From IMG/VR virus record IMGVR_UViG_3300010352_001543: DNA of 64,000 bases. One strand, 5' to 3'. Made by a program: the position numbers and the translations under genes. This document shows, in pieces, positions 42,046-52,400 of the stretch. Numbering within the stretch: the first letter of the stretch is position 1; every line of letters starts with the position of its first letter. This stretch comes from a virus (taxonomy: Duplodnaviria; Caudoviricetes). The notes below the pieces were generated by a model. It did not search any database. It worked only from the letters and a program-made list of their open reading frames with translations, and was not told the DNA's origin.

Positions 42046-42585
42046 ATGAAAAAACATTTGATAACATCGTTGGATGAATTTGTTTTAAATGAACAACAAA
42101 TGAATAGTTCAGGCGAACAAGAACATTTAGATGAAAAAAGAATAACAACCAAGAGAAGATATACCGATAGCCATCCGGAAAAAAGAGGATATAGTAATGC
42201 CTCTGTTAGAAATTCTATTTTAGAATTTTTGGAAAAGCATGAAGAAGTATCAGAAGTGAAAATGCAACAGTTTATTGCTCAGCTGGAAGAGTCTCGTGGT
42301 AAAACTGTTAATCGAAATTGGTTTAATGACAATACCAAATATGTTAAACGTACAATGAATGAAGCAGGTGAACGAGTTTATAAATTAACCGAGTATGGAA
42401 GAAAAGTATTTTCTAAGACAAGGTTAGTTGAAGACGGTGAAAGTATGGCAACACTCGATAATACTGAAGGAATGGGAGAAGTAGAGCCACCAACAAAAGA
42501 TAAAGTTGGTTCAGGTGATAGATTTGGTTCCAGTTTGAAAAAACGTAAACAATCGCTTGAAAGAGCCAAACGAGTTACTCATTAA
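42046..42585 (+). CDS. Probable internal head protein with a winged-helix-like region
   Basis: N-terminal KHLITSLDEFVLNE; YKLTEYGRKV; AATATATA box upstream. Confidence 0.55.
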   Translation: MKKHLITSLDEFVLNEQQMNSSGEQEHLDEKRITTKRRYTDSHPEKRGYSNASVRNSILEFLEKHEEVSEVKMQQFIAQLEESRGKTVNRNWFNDNTKYVKRTMNEAGERVYKLTEYGRKVFSKTRLVEDGESMATLDNTEGMGEVEPPTKDKVGSGDRFGSSLKKRKQSLERAKRVTH

Positions 42586-42607
42586 TTAATTTCAAAAAAA
42601 AACGAAA

Positions 42608-43274
42608 ATGGAAAAAAATTTAAAACATTTGATGACATTTACAACTTTTGTGAATGAATCAAAATTAGAAAAAGCTATTCTGAAACATCAAGGCGAAAGT
42701 TTATATCTGGAGAAAAAAATATAGAATCATTAGTTGATTTAAATATTTCAGATATTATAGTAAAAGGTGATTTTGAAATAATTAGTAATAAAATAAAAAC
42801 ATTAGAGGGATGTCCTAAAGAAATAATAAAAAGGTTTAGTATTCGTAATGAACAATCTTTGATTTCTTTAAAAGGTTGTCCTGAAAAAGTAGGCGCTTTT
42901 TATGTAGCACAATGTTCAAAACTAAAATCTTTAGAATATGGTCCAACTGATGTCGGAGGATATTATAACGTTTGGGATTGTGATCTTCGTTCTTTAAAAG
43001 GCGCTCCAAAAGAAGTAGGATTAAATCCTGTAATGCGGTTACCAGATAACCAGGAGGTTATTTTTCATGTGATGATAACAAACATTTAACTTCTTTAAAA
43101 TATGGTCCTGAAAAAGTAGGCGGTGAGTTCTCTTGTAAAAATTGTGGTTTAACTTCACTTGATGGAGCGCCTAAAGAGGTCGGAGGAGATTTCGTTTGTA
43201 GCGGGAATCCTACTCAATTTACAGAAGAAGACGTGAGAGCTGTATGTAATGTAAAAGGTAAAATTATAGTTTAA
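42608..43274 (+). pseudogene. 'SLxGxPxxVGGxFxC' repeat (LRR-like) protein broken by two frameshifts (or assembly indels)
   Basis: Three frames join into one repeat protein if a base is added at A7 42713-42719 and at CC 43050-43051. Confidence 0.75.
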
Positions 43275-43296
43275 TAAATTTCAAAAAAAAACGAAA

Positions 43297-43986
43297 ATGG
43301 AAAATAATTTAAAACATGTAAAAACATTTACAGATTTTGTAAATGAATCATTAGAACATAAACCTTATAGAATTCATTTACCTGAAAATTTATCAGAGCT
43401 ACCAATGGAAAAATTTAAGTCTGTTATTTCTAAGGCTATAAACAAAATCAGTAAAAATACCGGTTTGGGTATTAAATTTGAAAGATCAGATGCTTTTACA
43501 GTGACCCATCTTAATAACGCTAAGCCAATGCAAGCAGAAATTCATGCTTTAGAATTTTATTTCAGTAAAAATTTAAAAGGACAACTATTATTATCTGAAA
43601 TTCATGTTGGTGCTCCAAAGAATGACTCTAATGATGTTGATAAAATTATCAGAATTCAAAGAGATTTAATAAAATATGAAAATTACTGTAATTCATTAAA
43701 TAAAAAACGTCAAGAAAACGGGAAAGAAAAGTGGCTTGTATGGTGGATAGATTCCGCCGGTGGTGACTTACAGAATAGTAGATGGAATAGTGAAGCATTT
43801 GGTATTGAACAGTATATAAGTAATTTTTATGTAAAACTTACAGATTCATTTCATAACTATTACAGCGGCAGTGATTTTAAACAGTATGAATTTAGTCCAT
43901 TACCATCTGAAATAATTGAAGATTTATTTGAATTACTACCAAGAGAATCAGATATAACAAGTGGTAATTTTCAACCACAAGTTTAA
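43297..43986 (+). CDS. Probable internal head protein
   Basis: N-terminal NLKHVKTFTDFVNES. Confidence 0.6.
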   Translation: MENNLKHVKTFTDFVNESLEHKPYRIHLPENLSELPMEKFKSVISKAINKISKNTGLGIKFERSDAFTVTHLNNAKPMQAEIHALEFYFSKNLKGQLLLSEIHVGAPKNDSNDVDKIIRIQRDLIKYENYCNSLNKKRQENGKEKWLVWWIDSAGGDLQNSRWNSEAFGIEQYISNFYVKLTDSFHNYYSGSDFKQYEFSPLPSEIIEDLFELLPRESDITSGNFQPQV

Positions 43987-44003
43987 TTAACAAAAGAATT
44001 TAT

Positions 44004-44051
44004 AAGAATAGACTTAAAACACAGAAATTTAAGTCTATTCTTTTCTTTTTT
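44004..44051 (+). terminator. Rho-independent terminator
   Basis: aagaatagacttaaa/tttaagtctattctt stem plus U-tract. Confidence 0.8.
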
Positions 44052-44121
44052 CCATTTTATTTTTGACAGGTACTTTAGTAAAAATAACTAAAGAGTTTTA
44101 ATTTTTATAGGCAACAAAAAA

Positions 44122-45531
44122 TTGATAAGTATTGAAAATAATGGTCCATTGTTAGATATTTCATATATTAACAAGCAAGGACAAGTTCAATTAATGAAAA
44201 CAGTAATTCCAGATTCAGAAATGTTTAACTGGGAAATATGTCCAAAGGCAAAACAATACAAAGATTATAGGACGTGGGATGGGCAACCTGTTTGTAAAAA
44301 ACAAACTCCTTATCTTAATAATTTCAGAATATCAGAATACCTAAATTTTACTTTAGAAGAAGAAAAGCGAAATTTAATTTTCGATTATGATACTCCTCCG
44401 AACATTTATTTTATAGACATCGAAACAGAAATCAAGTATGGATTTCCAAATAAAAACAATCCAGTAAACGGAATTGTTTCGATTTCTATTGTTGATGAAA
44501 ACAACAAGGTCCTTGTATTAGGACTAAAAGATCTAACTCCAGAAGAGCACCGAAAAATTCAAAAAGATATAGATGACTATTTTAAAAAGTTTGATCTGAA
44601 GATGGTCTTCAAATATAAGAAATATGAGTCAGAGAAAAAATTACTTATAGATTTTCTTTCTAATTATGTTAGGCACATGGCGGCAATTACCGGTTGGAAT
44701 TTTAAGGAATTTGACTGGAATTATATTATAGCAAGAAGTAAATTTTTAGGTTTGGATCCGTCAATTTGCTCCATCAGCGGAAAATTGGACAGATACGGTA
44801 TTCCAGTTCATAAAATAGTATTTGACTACTTACAATTACTAAAATCACCTACCTCCAGCCTTCAAGACAGATCATCAATGAAATTGGATGCAGTGGCCGA
44901 ACATGGTCTTGGAATTAAAAAAATATTTTATCCGGGAACATTAGAAGAGTTGTATGATAATGATTTCGTGAAATTTATTCTATACAACGCTGTTGATAGT
45001 ATATTAGTCCTCCTCCTACATAGAAAGTACAAAGCATTTATGCCTCAATATAAACTTGCTGAAATTTCTCATGTTGAAATGGGACGTCTAAGTCCAATTC
45101 CGATGTTAGAATCTTCTATTCTCGGATATCTATATCCACAAAACATCGTAGCTGTTCCGATAAAAAAGAAAAGCAAACTAAAACAAAAAATTAAAGGTGG
45201 CTATGTTATGGACCCAATTCCGGGTTACCATTCATCAGTTGCCTGTTATGACTATGCCTCTCTATATCCTACCACTATCAGACAATTCAATATTTCACCG
45301 GATGTTTATTTGGGTCAAAAGAAAGATTTGGAAAATTTAAATCCGGAAGAACATATTGTTTGTGCTTCAGGAGCAGTTTTTTCTAACAAGCAGGATGGTT
45401 TTTATAGAACTATTTTGAGCAATATTTATGAACAACGAAAATTTCATAAGGATAATAAAAAAGAGATTAACAAGGAAATTAAGCGGCTTTCTAGAATCTT
45501 AACGACAAAAAACAAGAAGGATAATTTTTAA
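44122..45531 (+). CDS. Family B DNA polymerase, N-terminal subunit only (exonuclease + motif A)
   Basis: DIETE, GWN...FDWNYI, YNAVDS, KGGYV, DYASLYP; lacks KxxxNSxYG and YGDTDS. Confidence 0.9.
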   Translation: MISIENNGPLLDISYINKQGQVQLMKTVIPDSEMFNWEICPKAKQYKDYRTWDGQPVCKKQTPYLNNFRISEYLNFTLEEEKRNLIFDYDTPPNIYFIDIETEIKYGFPNKNNPVNGIVSISIVDENNKVLVLGLKDLTPEEHRKIQKDIDDYFKKFDLKMVFKYKKYESEKKLLIDFLSNYVRHMAAITGWNFKEFDWNYIIARSKFLGLDPSICSISGKLDRYGIPVHKIVFDYLQLLKSPTSSLQDRSSMKLDAVAEHGLGIKKIFYPGTLEELYDNDFVKFILYNAVDSILVLLLHRKYKAFMPQYKLAEISHVEMGRLSPIPMLESSILGYLYPQNIVAVPIKKKSKLKQKIKGGYVMDPIPGYHSSVACYDYASLYPTTIRQFNISPDVYLGQKKDLENLNPEEHIVCASGAVFSNKQDGFYRTILSNIYEQRKFHKDNKKEINKEIKRLSRILTTKNKKDNF

Positions 45532-45532
45532 A

Positions 45533-47665
45533 ATGAATAAAACAAAATACACCAAAGATGAAGTTTACCAAGCATCTTTAAAATATTTTAATAACGATGA
45601 ATTAGCAACCAATGTTTTTATGACAAAATATTGTCTTAAAGACAACGATAATAATTTTTTAGAATTAATACCGGATGATATGCATCATCGCCTTGCAAGT
45701 GAATTTGCAAGAGTAGAAAAAAATAAATTTGAAAATACTGAAATTGATCCATTAACCGAGAATGAAATTTTTAATCTTTTTAAAGATTTCAAATATATTA
45801 TTCCACAAGGTTCACCAATGTTTGCGATCGGTAATAATTATCAACTTGCTTCTTCTTCAAATTGCTATGTTCTGACTCCACCAGAAGATTCGTATGGATC
45901 AATAATGTATGTGGATGAAGAGTTGGTACAAATTTCTAAAAGAAGAGGTGGTGTTGGAATCGATTTAAGTAAACTCCGTCCAAAAGGAGCTAAGACCAAT
46001 AACGCGGCTAAAACATCAACCGGTATCATTGCTTTTATGGAAAGGTATTCAAATTCAATAAGAGAAGTTGGACAAGAAGGTCGAAGGGGTGCACTCCTTC
46101 TGAGTTTAGACTGCCGACATCCGGAAATAAAAGAATTTATAACGGTTAAGAAGGATTTGACTAAAATAACAGGTGCTAATATTTCAGTCAAAATTTCAGA
46201 TGATTTTATGCAGGCAGTACATTCTAACTCAGAATTTGAATTATGTTTTCCAGTTGATTATAAAGAAAGAGGAATTGTACCACTACATACTGAAAAAATT
46301 AAAGCTAAAGAACTTTGGAATTTGTTGATACATACATCTCATGAAACTGCCGAACCAGGTATTCTGTTTTGGGATCATCAGCTGAATTATTCACCTGCTA
46401 ATTGTTATGATCAATACCGACCAGTCAGTACAAATCCATGTGCCGAGCTCGCACTTTCTCCGCTGGAGAGTTGCCGTCTAATTTCTATGAATCTTACAAG
46501 TTATGTTAGAAATCCATTTTCAGAATGCGCTCGTTTCGACATAGAATTATATCATTATCATTGCATGTTGGCTCAACGACTTTCCGATGACCTTATAGAC
46601 ATTGAAGATGAGATAATAGATAAGATTATAGCAAAAATTAAAAATGATCCAGAAGACTTAAAATTCAAGAGCAGAGAAATTGAAATTTGGGAAGCTATCA
46701 AGTTAGCTGGTACTACTGGAAGAAGAATTGGACTTGGAGCAACCGGTTTGGCGGACGCTATTGCAATGTTAAACTTGTCTTATTCAAGCGATGAAAGTAT
46801 AAAACAAATAGATGAAATATTTAAAACGCTTAGAAATGCTACATATGAGTCTTCTGTTGAATTATCAAGAATATTAGGTCCCTTTGCCGGATATGACCCG
46901 AAAGTAGAAAAAGACAATCTTTTTATTAAACAAATTAAAGAAGAAGCTCCTGAAATTTATAACGACATGTTAAAGTATGGTAGAAGGAACGTTGCATGTA
47001 ATACAATGGCTCCGAACGGTTCATTGAGCTTGCTTGCGGGCGGAATATCATCCGGCATTGAACCTGTTTTTCTCCTTGCTTATACTCGAAGAAGAAAATT
47101 AGATTCCACTTCAACCGAAACTCCAGATTTCATAGATCCACAAGGCGATCGCTGGACTAATTTCCAAATAGAGCATAACACTGTTAAAAAATGGAAAACT
47201 GTCACTGGTGAGACTGACATTAAAAATAGCCCTTGGTTCGGTTCAACAGCAAATGATCTTGATTGGAACAAAAGAATTGAAATACAATCAACAATTCAAA
47301 AATACATTGATCATAGCATTAGTTCATGTGTAGTAAAGGACACCCTTCTCGAAACAAACAAAGGCCTTCTATACTTTGATGAACTAACAAATTTAGATGA
47401 ACTGGAAGAAGGACAATTTGTAAAAAACACAGAATCTGATATTTTAATCAGAAACAAAGATGACCAATTCGTTCCAATTGATTATTTTTATAAGAATGGT
47501 ATAAAACCGGTTACTAAAATTCGACTTAAAAACAATAACCAATTGATATGCACTGATAATGAAAGTGTTTTGGTTTATAATGAATATATTAATGATTTAG
47601 ATTGGAAAATGGTCAAAGATTTAGATATTTTCGACATGGTAAAAATATCAATAGGAGTTAACTAA
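45533..47665 (+). CDS. nrdJ: Class II (B12-dependent) ribonucleotide reductase N-part ending in an intein N-half (47327-47662, 112 aa)
   Basis: SNCY, RRGGVG, GRRGAL, TNPCAEL, MAPNGS, SSGIEP, DHSISS|CVVKDT. Confidence 0.92.
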   Translation: MNKTKYTKDEVYQASLKYFNNDELATNVFMTKYCLKDNDNNFLELIPDDMHHRLASEFARVEKNKFENTEIDPLTENEIFNLFKDFKYIIPQGSPMFAIGNNYQLASSSNCYVLTPPEDSYGSIMYVDEELVQISKRRGGVGIDLSKLRPKGAKTNNAAKTSTGIIAFMERYSNSIREVGQEGRRGALLLSLDCRHPEIKEFITVKKDLTKITGANISVKISDDFMQAVHSNSEFELCFPVDYKERGIVPLHTEKIKAKELWNLLIHTSHETAEPGILFWDHQLNYSPANCYDQYRPVSTNPCAELALSPLESCRLISMNLTSYVRNPFSECARFDIELYHYHCMLAQRLSDDLIDIEDEIIDKIIAKIKNDPEDLKFKSREIEIWEAIKLAGTTGRRIGLGATGLADAIAMLNLSYSSDESIKQIDEIFKTLRNATYESSVELSRILGPFAGYDPKVEKDNLFIKQIKEEAPEIYNDMLKYGRRNVACNTMAPNGSLSLLAGGISSGIEPVFLLAYTRRRKLDSTSTETPDFIDPQGDRWTNFQIEHNTVKKWKTVTGETDIKNSPWFGSTANDLDWNKRIEIQSTIQKYIDHSISSCVVKDTLLETNKGLLYFDELTNLDELEEGQFVKNTESDILIRNKDDQFVPIDYFYKNGIKPVTKIRLKNNNQLICTDNESVLVYNEYINDLDWKMVKDLDIFDMVKISIGVN

Positions 47666-48642
47666 TGGAAACAGTTTATAGTTATGAAGAACTGCAAGAA
47701 ATAACTTTAGGACTTAAAAGAATTCCTATTACTGCAAGGCGGGACAAAAAATCTGCATTGGAATTTATTATTCAAACATTACCATTCAATCGATGTCATG
47801 AGAATCCGGACATAGTTGTTCTGAAAAATTGGGTTGATAATCACAGTGAAAAATATTCTTTAGTTAAATCAATAGAAAAATTAGACGAGCAAGAAACATA
47901 TGATCTTTCAATAGTGGATGGAGCCAGCTATGTGGCTAATGGAATATATTGTCATAACACAATTAATTTACCGAGTAATGTTTCGGTCGAAGAAGTAAAA
48001 CACATTTATGAAAAAGCTTGGGAAACTAAATGCAAAGGAATTACAGTGTACCGAGATGGCTCACGAAATGGAATTTTATTTGAAGACAAAAAACATGAAG
48101 AAGAATTTTCAATTCATCATGCATTGAAACGTCCGAAGGAATTAAGATGTGAAGTCAATCACATAACATTCAAAGGCGAAAGATACTATGTAATTATTGG
48201 ACTTTGGGGAAAGAAATATCCATATGAAATATTTGTCGGTAAAAATATAAACTTGGAAAATGATTCGGTTTACATTCCGAAAGAAATAAAAGAAGGACGT
48301 ATAAAAAAGATTAAACGTGGAAATTATGTCTTGATAGATAATAAGAACATTGAATATCCGATAGCCGGTGAATTATATGACGATGTTGTTGAATCTCTTA
48401 CCCGGTTTGTTTCTTTATCTCTGCGTCACGGTGTCGATATTCTGTTCATAGTGGACACATTAGAAAAATCAACCGGTGATCTTTTTAGTTTTTCAAAAGT
48501 GATGGCACGTACTCTTAAAAAATATGTCAAGAACGGAGCTGAAGTTTCTGGAATGAATTGTCCAAACTGCGGAGGCGAACAGCTGATCAGAGAGAATGGA
48601 TGCATTCGCTGTTTAGACTGTGGCTACTCCAAGTGTGAGTAG
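47665..48642 (+). CDS. nrdJ: Intein C-half (47665-47958, 98 aa) plus NrdJ C-part with TSCPD-like/Zn-ribbon tail
   Basis: TYDLSI..GASYVANGIYCHN|TINLP, KGITVYRDGSR, CPNCG...GC..C.DCGYSKC. Confidence 0.92.
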   Translation: METVYSYEELQEITLGLKRIPITARRDKKSALEFIIQTLPFNRCHENPDIVVLKNWVDNHSEKYSLVKSIEKLDEQETYDLSIVDGASYVANGIYCHNTINLPSNVSVEEVKHIYEKAWETKCKGITVYRDGSRNGILFEDKKHEEEFSIHHALKRPKELRCEVNHITFKGERYYVIIGLWGKKYPYEIFVGKNINLENDSVYIPKEIKEGRIKKIKRGNYVLIDNKNIEYPIAGELYDDVVESLTRFVSLSLRHGVDILFIVDTLEKSTGDLFSFSKVMARTLKKYVKNGAEVSGMNCPNCGGEQLIRENGCIRCLDCGYSKCE

Positions 48643-48748
48643 TCATATGACCATCATAAACGTTGTATATGAGATTTTTCGATTGTATTCGATACTATCT
48701 TTCAACATAAATTAAAAATTGATTATACAACGTTTACTAAAGAATAGA

Positions 48749-48783
48749 AAAAGAAGGAACCGAAAAATTCCTTCTTTTCTTTT
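48749..48783 (+). terminator. Rho-independent terminator
   Basis: aaaagaaggaa/ttccttctttt stem plus U-tract. Confidence 0.75.
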
Positions 48784-48821
48784 AGGAATATATAGATAAT
48801 ACCAAAAAACATTTAAATAAA

Positions 48822-49391
48822 ATGGGAAGTTTCAGAAATAAAAATAGAAATAGTAATGAATTGAGACTGGAAAGTGCTTTATTCAATTTACATTTAAATC
48901 AAGACAGTGATTTAATGTGTAATATATTTAAGATTAAGAAAGAAGAAAATTCAGATAGTTACCAACAAATAATCGAATGGAACATGACACCCGGTTCTAA
49001 ATATATTTTTGATGATAGGGATTTTAATAACCTATCCAATTTTATTTTAGAATTTATAGAGTATTGTGATTCTATAACAGATTCATTGCCTGATGATCAA
49101 GAAGGTGAAGAAGAGGATAATACTCAAGACGGTCAAGAACATGAAATGCAAGACCAAGAAGCACCTGACCAAGAAATCGAATCCAGTAGTAATTATGATG
49201 AGAGATTAGAATTCTTGAATCTACTGGACGATGAAAATTGGATTTGTAAGATTTCTTTTAATGCAAAAGAAAGTGAATTTCCATCTTTGTTTTTCTCAAA
49301 AGACGGTGGAGATGAGTGGTTTGATATGTTTTATATCAATGACATTTATGTATTAGAAGACTTGTCTGTTTGGTTAAGAGAGAATATCTAA
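48822..49391 (+). CDS. Acidic hypothetical protein
   Basis: 189-aa ORF; AATATATA box upstream. Confidence 0.65.
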   Translation: MGSFRNKNRNSNELRLESALFNLHLNQDSDLMCNIFKIKKEENSDSYQQIIEWNMTPGSKYIFDDRDFNNLSNFILEFIEYCDSITDSLPDDQEGEEEDNTQDGQEHEMQDQEAPDQEIESSSNYDERLEFLNLLDDENWICKISFNAKESEFPSLFFSKDGGDEWFDMFYINDIYVLEDLSVWLRENI

Positions 49392-49409
49392 AAAAATTAA
49401 TAATTTTTA

Positions 49410-52400
49410 ATGGCATATAATGAGAATTTATCCGCTAACAACAAAAAACCCGAACCATTAGATTTCCAAAAATTTAATGATTTGCTGAAGAAGATTGATG
49501 CTGACCTAAGCTTAAACCAGGCAACTTCAAAAGAATCTACTAAATCATTTATTGGTTTTTCAACAGACATTGTTCAGTATATGAAAACATTCGTTGAAAA
49601 TAAAAATAAAGAAGATGGAAAGGATGCTGTTCCAAGCGAGAACTACGTCTCTGCTTACATGAGTTTAGTTGATCCTGCTTCCAAGTTTGGTATTACGTTA
49701 CCGAGTATAGATTCCATTATTAAATCTACTGATGCGTCAAAAAAATTAACCTCATTAGCGAAGAAGATTCAATCAATAGCCAAAACAGAATTTAAAAAAC
49801 CAACCGGCGAAACACCCAACTCTCCAACAAGTAGCGGTCCAGTAACACCAGGAAACGGATTGAATTTGACGTTGAACTTTAATGATACCATACAGAATTT
49901 TAAGAATAACCTACAACAAGCCAGTGTTTTACTAAAACCTTTTTCTGATTTTTTAATAGCTACCAACAATCTTTCTGATTTAATCAAAGACAAAGAAAAG
50001 TTCCAAGGTAATATAGAAATCTTACAAGGCGTTAGTAAAATGATAGGAATTATATCGGGTGTTTTTAATGGACGTCCTATCGAACAAAAAGGAATTGACG
50101 CTATTCAAACATTAATGAATCTACCATTAAAATCTATTATAGAAAAGTTTACTAATTTATTCGATTCTATAAAATTTAATAACAAAACTGATTTTGTTGC
50201 AATAGATAAAATATTTCGGTTGGTTCAAACATTCACTTCTATGTTATCCGGATTTTCTAAAAAATTGGTGTCCGAATACCCATTCTTTGTTATAGCTACT
50301 TCTCTGCCGTATGGTAAAAGACTTTCAAGATTTATAGAAAGTATAAACAAAAATCTTTCTACTGAATTTGAAAATGATGTAATAAATGAAAATATTGAAT
50401 CATTGTCCGACTTCGTTTCTTTGTTAATGAATTTTGATTATGATTTAGTGAAGAACTTTCCTGCTTTTGTTATTGCCATTAAGCTACCTTATGGATTGCT
50501 GATGGGTAAATTCATAAATAATTTTAATTATTATGTAGGAAAGGGAATTTCAAACGATGTTATACTATCATTGGACTCTATGGTAAATCTGCTTGGTACT
50601 TTTAATAAAGATATGCTAAGGACATACAGAAATTTATTAATCATAACAGTTTTAAATCCAGCATTCTTGATTAAACAAATATTTGATCAGTTCGCTAAAA
50701 ATTTCAAAACAATTCAAAGTTCATATTATTCCTACTTTTCAGCGATTGTTGAAATGACAAAAAGGATGGATGAAATTATAGCCAATTTATTTACAGCATT
50801 TTCTATTAAGCGAATGATGTTATTATATTTTGGTTTGAAATTTCTGCCAGGTATTAACAAAATTTTAGAAAAGGAATTACCTAAACTATTTTTAAGCATA
50901 GCTGATGTAGCCAAAACATTTCCGGAAAGTCAATGGAAGATTGATCCAAAGACAGGAGTATTTATTCAAATGTCCGGTTTCCTTCGTTCACTTGAAGGAT
51001 TGTCAACTCAGATAGCAAAAATTAAAAGTGAATCCAAAGGAATATCAACTATCATAGCAACACTTAATTTCTTTGTATCCGGTATGAATATGATATTTAG
51101 AAAAATGTCTAATAAGTCATTCAGAGCGGTAGTTGGTGTACAGACCATGATAACCTCTTTGAAAGGTATTGGTGAATCTATTATGATAGCAGCCGGTGCT
51201 TTATTATTCATACCCGCAGCATTGTTGACACTTTTATTTGTTCCTTTGATTGTAAAAGTTATGAATAAGCTTGGTGATACTAAAACACTAAAAGATGTTA
51301 AGATGGGCAAAGTATCCATCGGTTGGATAGCAAAAGGATTAGCTCAACTGGCCTTAGCATTTATAGCAATGTCAGTTGCTGCGATGTTGGTCAATCCAGT
51401 ATCTGTTCTGATGATGTTGACTTTGACCGGCGCTACGTTAGGTTTATTTATGCTCGTTGGAAAAGGCGAAAAACAAATTAAAGAAGGAGCAAAAGGACTA
51501 TCCCTTGTTTCTTTGGCTTTAGGTATTTTTGCGGTCACTATCGGAGTGTACAGTCTCATCATAGAAAAGTTTACAAGCTCCGGTGCTTTATGGACCGGTT
51601 TAGCGTACTTAGTTGCTTTTTCAGGAGCAGTTCTGTTAATAGGATATTTGAACTCTCAAGGTAAAGGCGGCGGCAGTTACCTGAATAAAGGAGCAACCGG
51701 TTTAATGTTGATAGGAGCTGCACTGATAGTATTCTCAATTGGTTTATCTGTTTTAGCATTGGCTGTTTCTCTTTGGAAACCTGACATGCTTTTAATGGCG
51801 ACAGTTTTACTAATAGGTATAAGCGGAATTGTTTTTGTTTTAGGAATTTTAGAAAAATCCGGACATACTGTTCTTTGGGGTGCGTTAGCCCTTGCTGCTA
51901 TCGGTGGAGCATTAATTGTTTTCTCTATGGGTTTATTAATTTTCAGTGCAGCTATTGACAAATGGGATTGGAAAACTGTCGGTATAGCAATGACTGTTAT
52001 AGCAGGAATTAGTGCTATTGCCGTTCTTCTTGGATTAGTAGCAACCGCGACAGTCGGAGCGGTTTTCTTAGGACCATTATTTTTAGCTACTACTGGTTTA
52101 GCTCTTGCTGCTTTTGGATGGGGATTGTCTGTTTTTGGGAAGTCCTTGCTTCTATGGGACACCAAAATGATTGATTCATCTATAGAAATTATTAAAAGAA
52201 TTGGAGTAGCTATTTCTGTTTTGGGATTAGCTATAGTTCCTATAACTTTAGGGGTTGCTGCTTTAATTTTAATTTCCGGAGGACTATTAGTTTTCTCTCT
52301 TGCATTGAATGCTCTTGGAATAGGTTTCATGAAATTATCATCGATACCGTTTACTGATGATTCGAAGAAACAAAGTCTTGTTAATATAATGAACGGAGTA

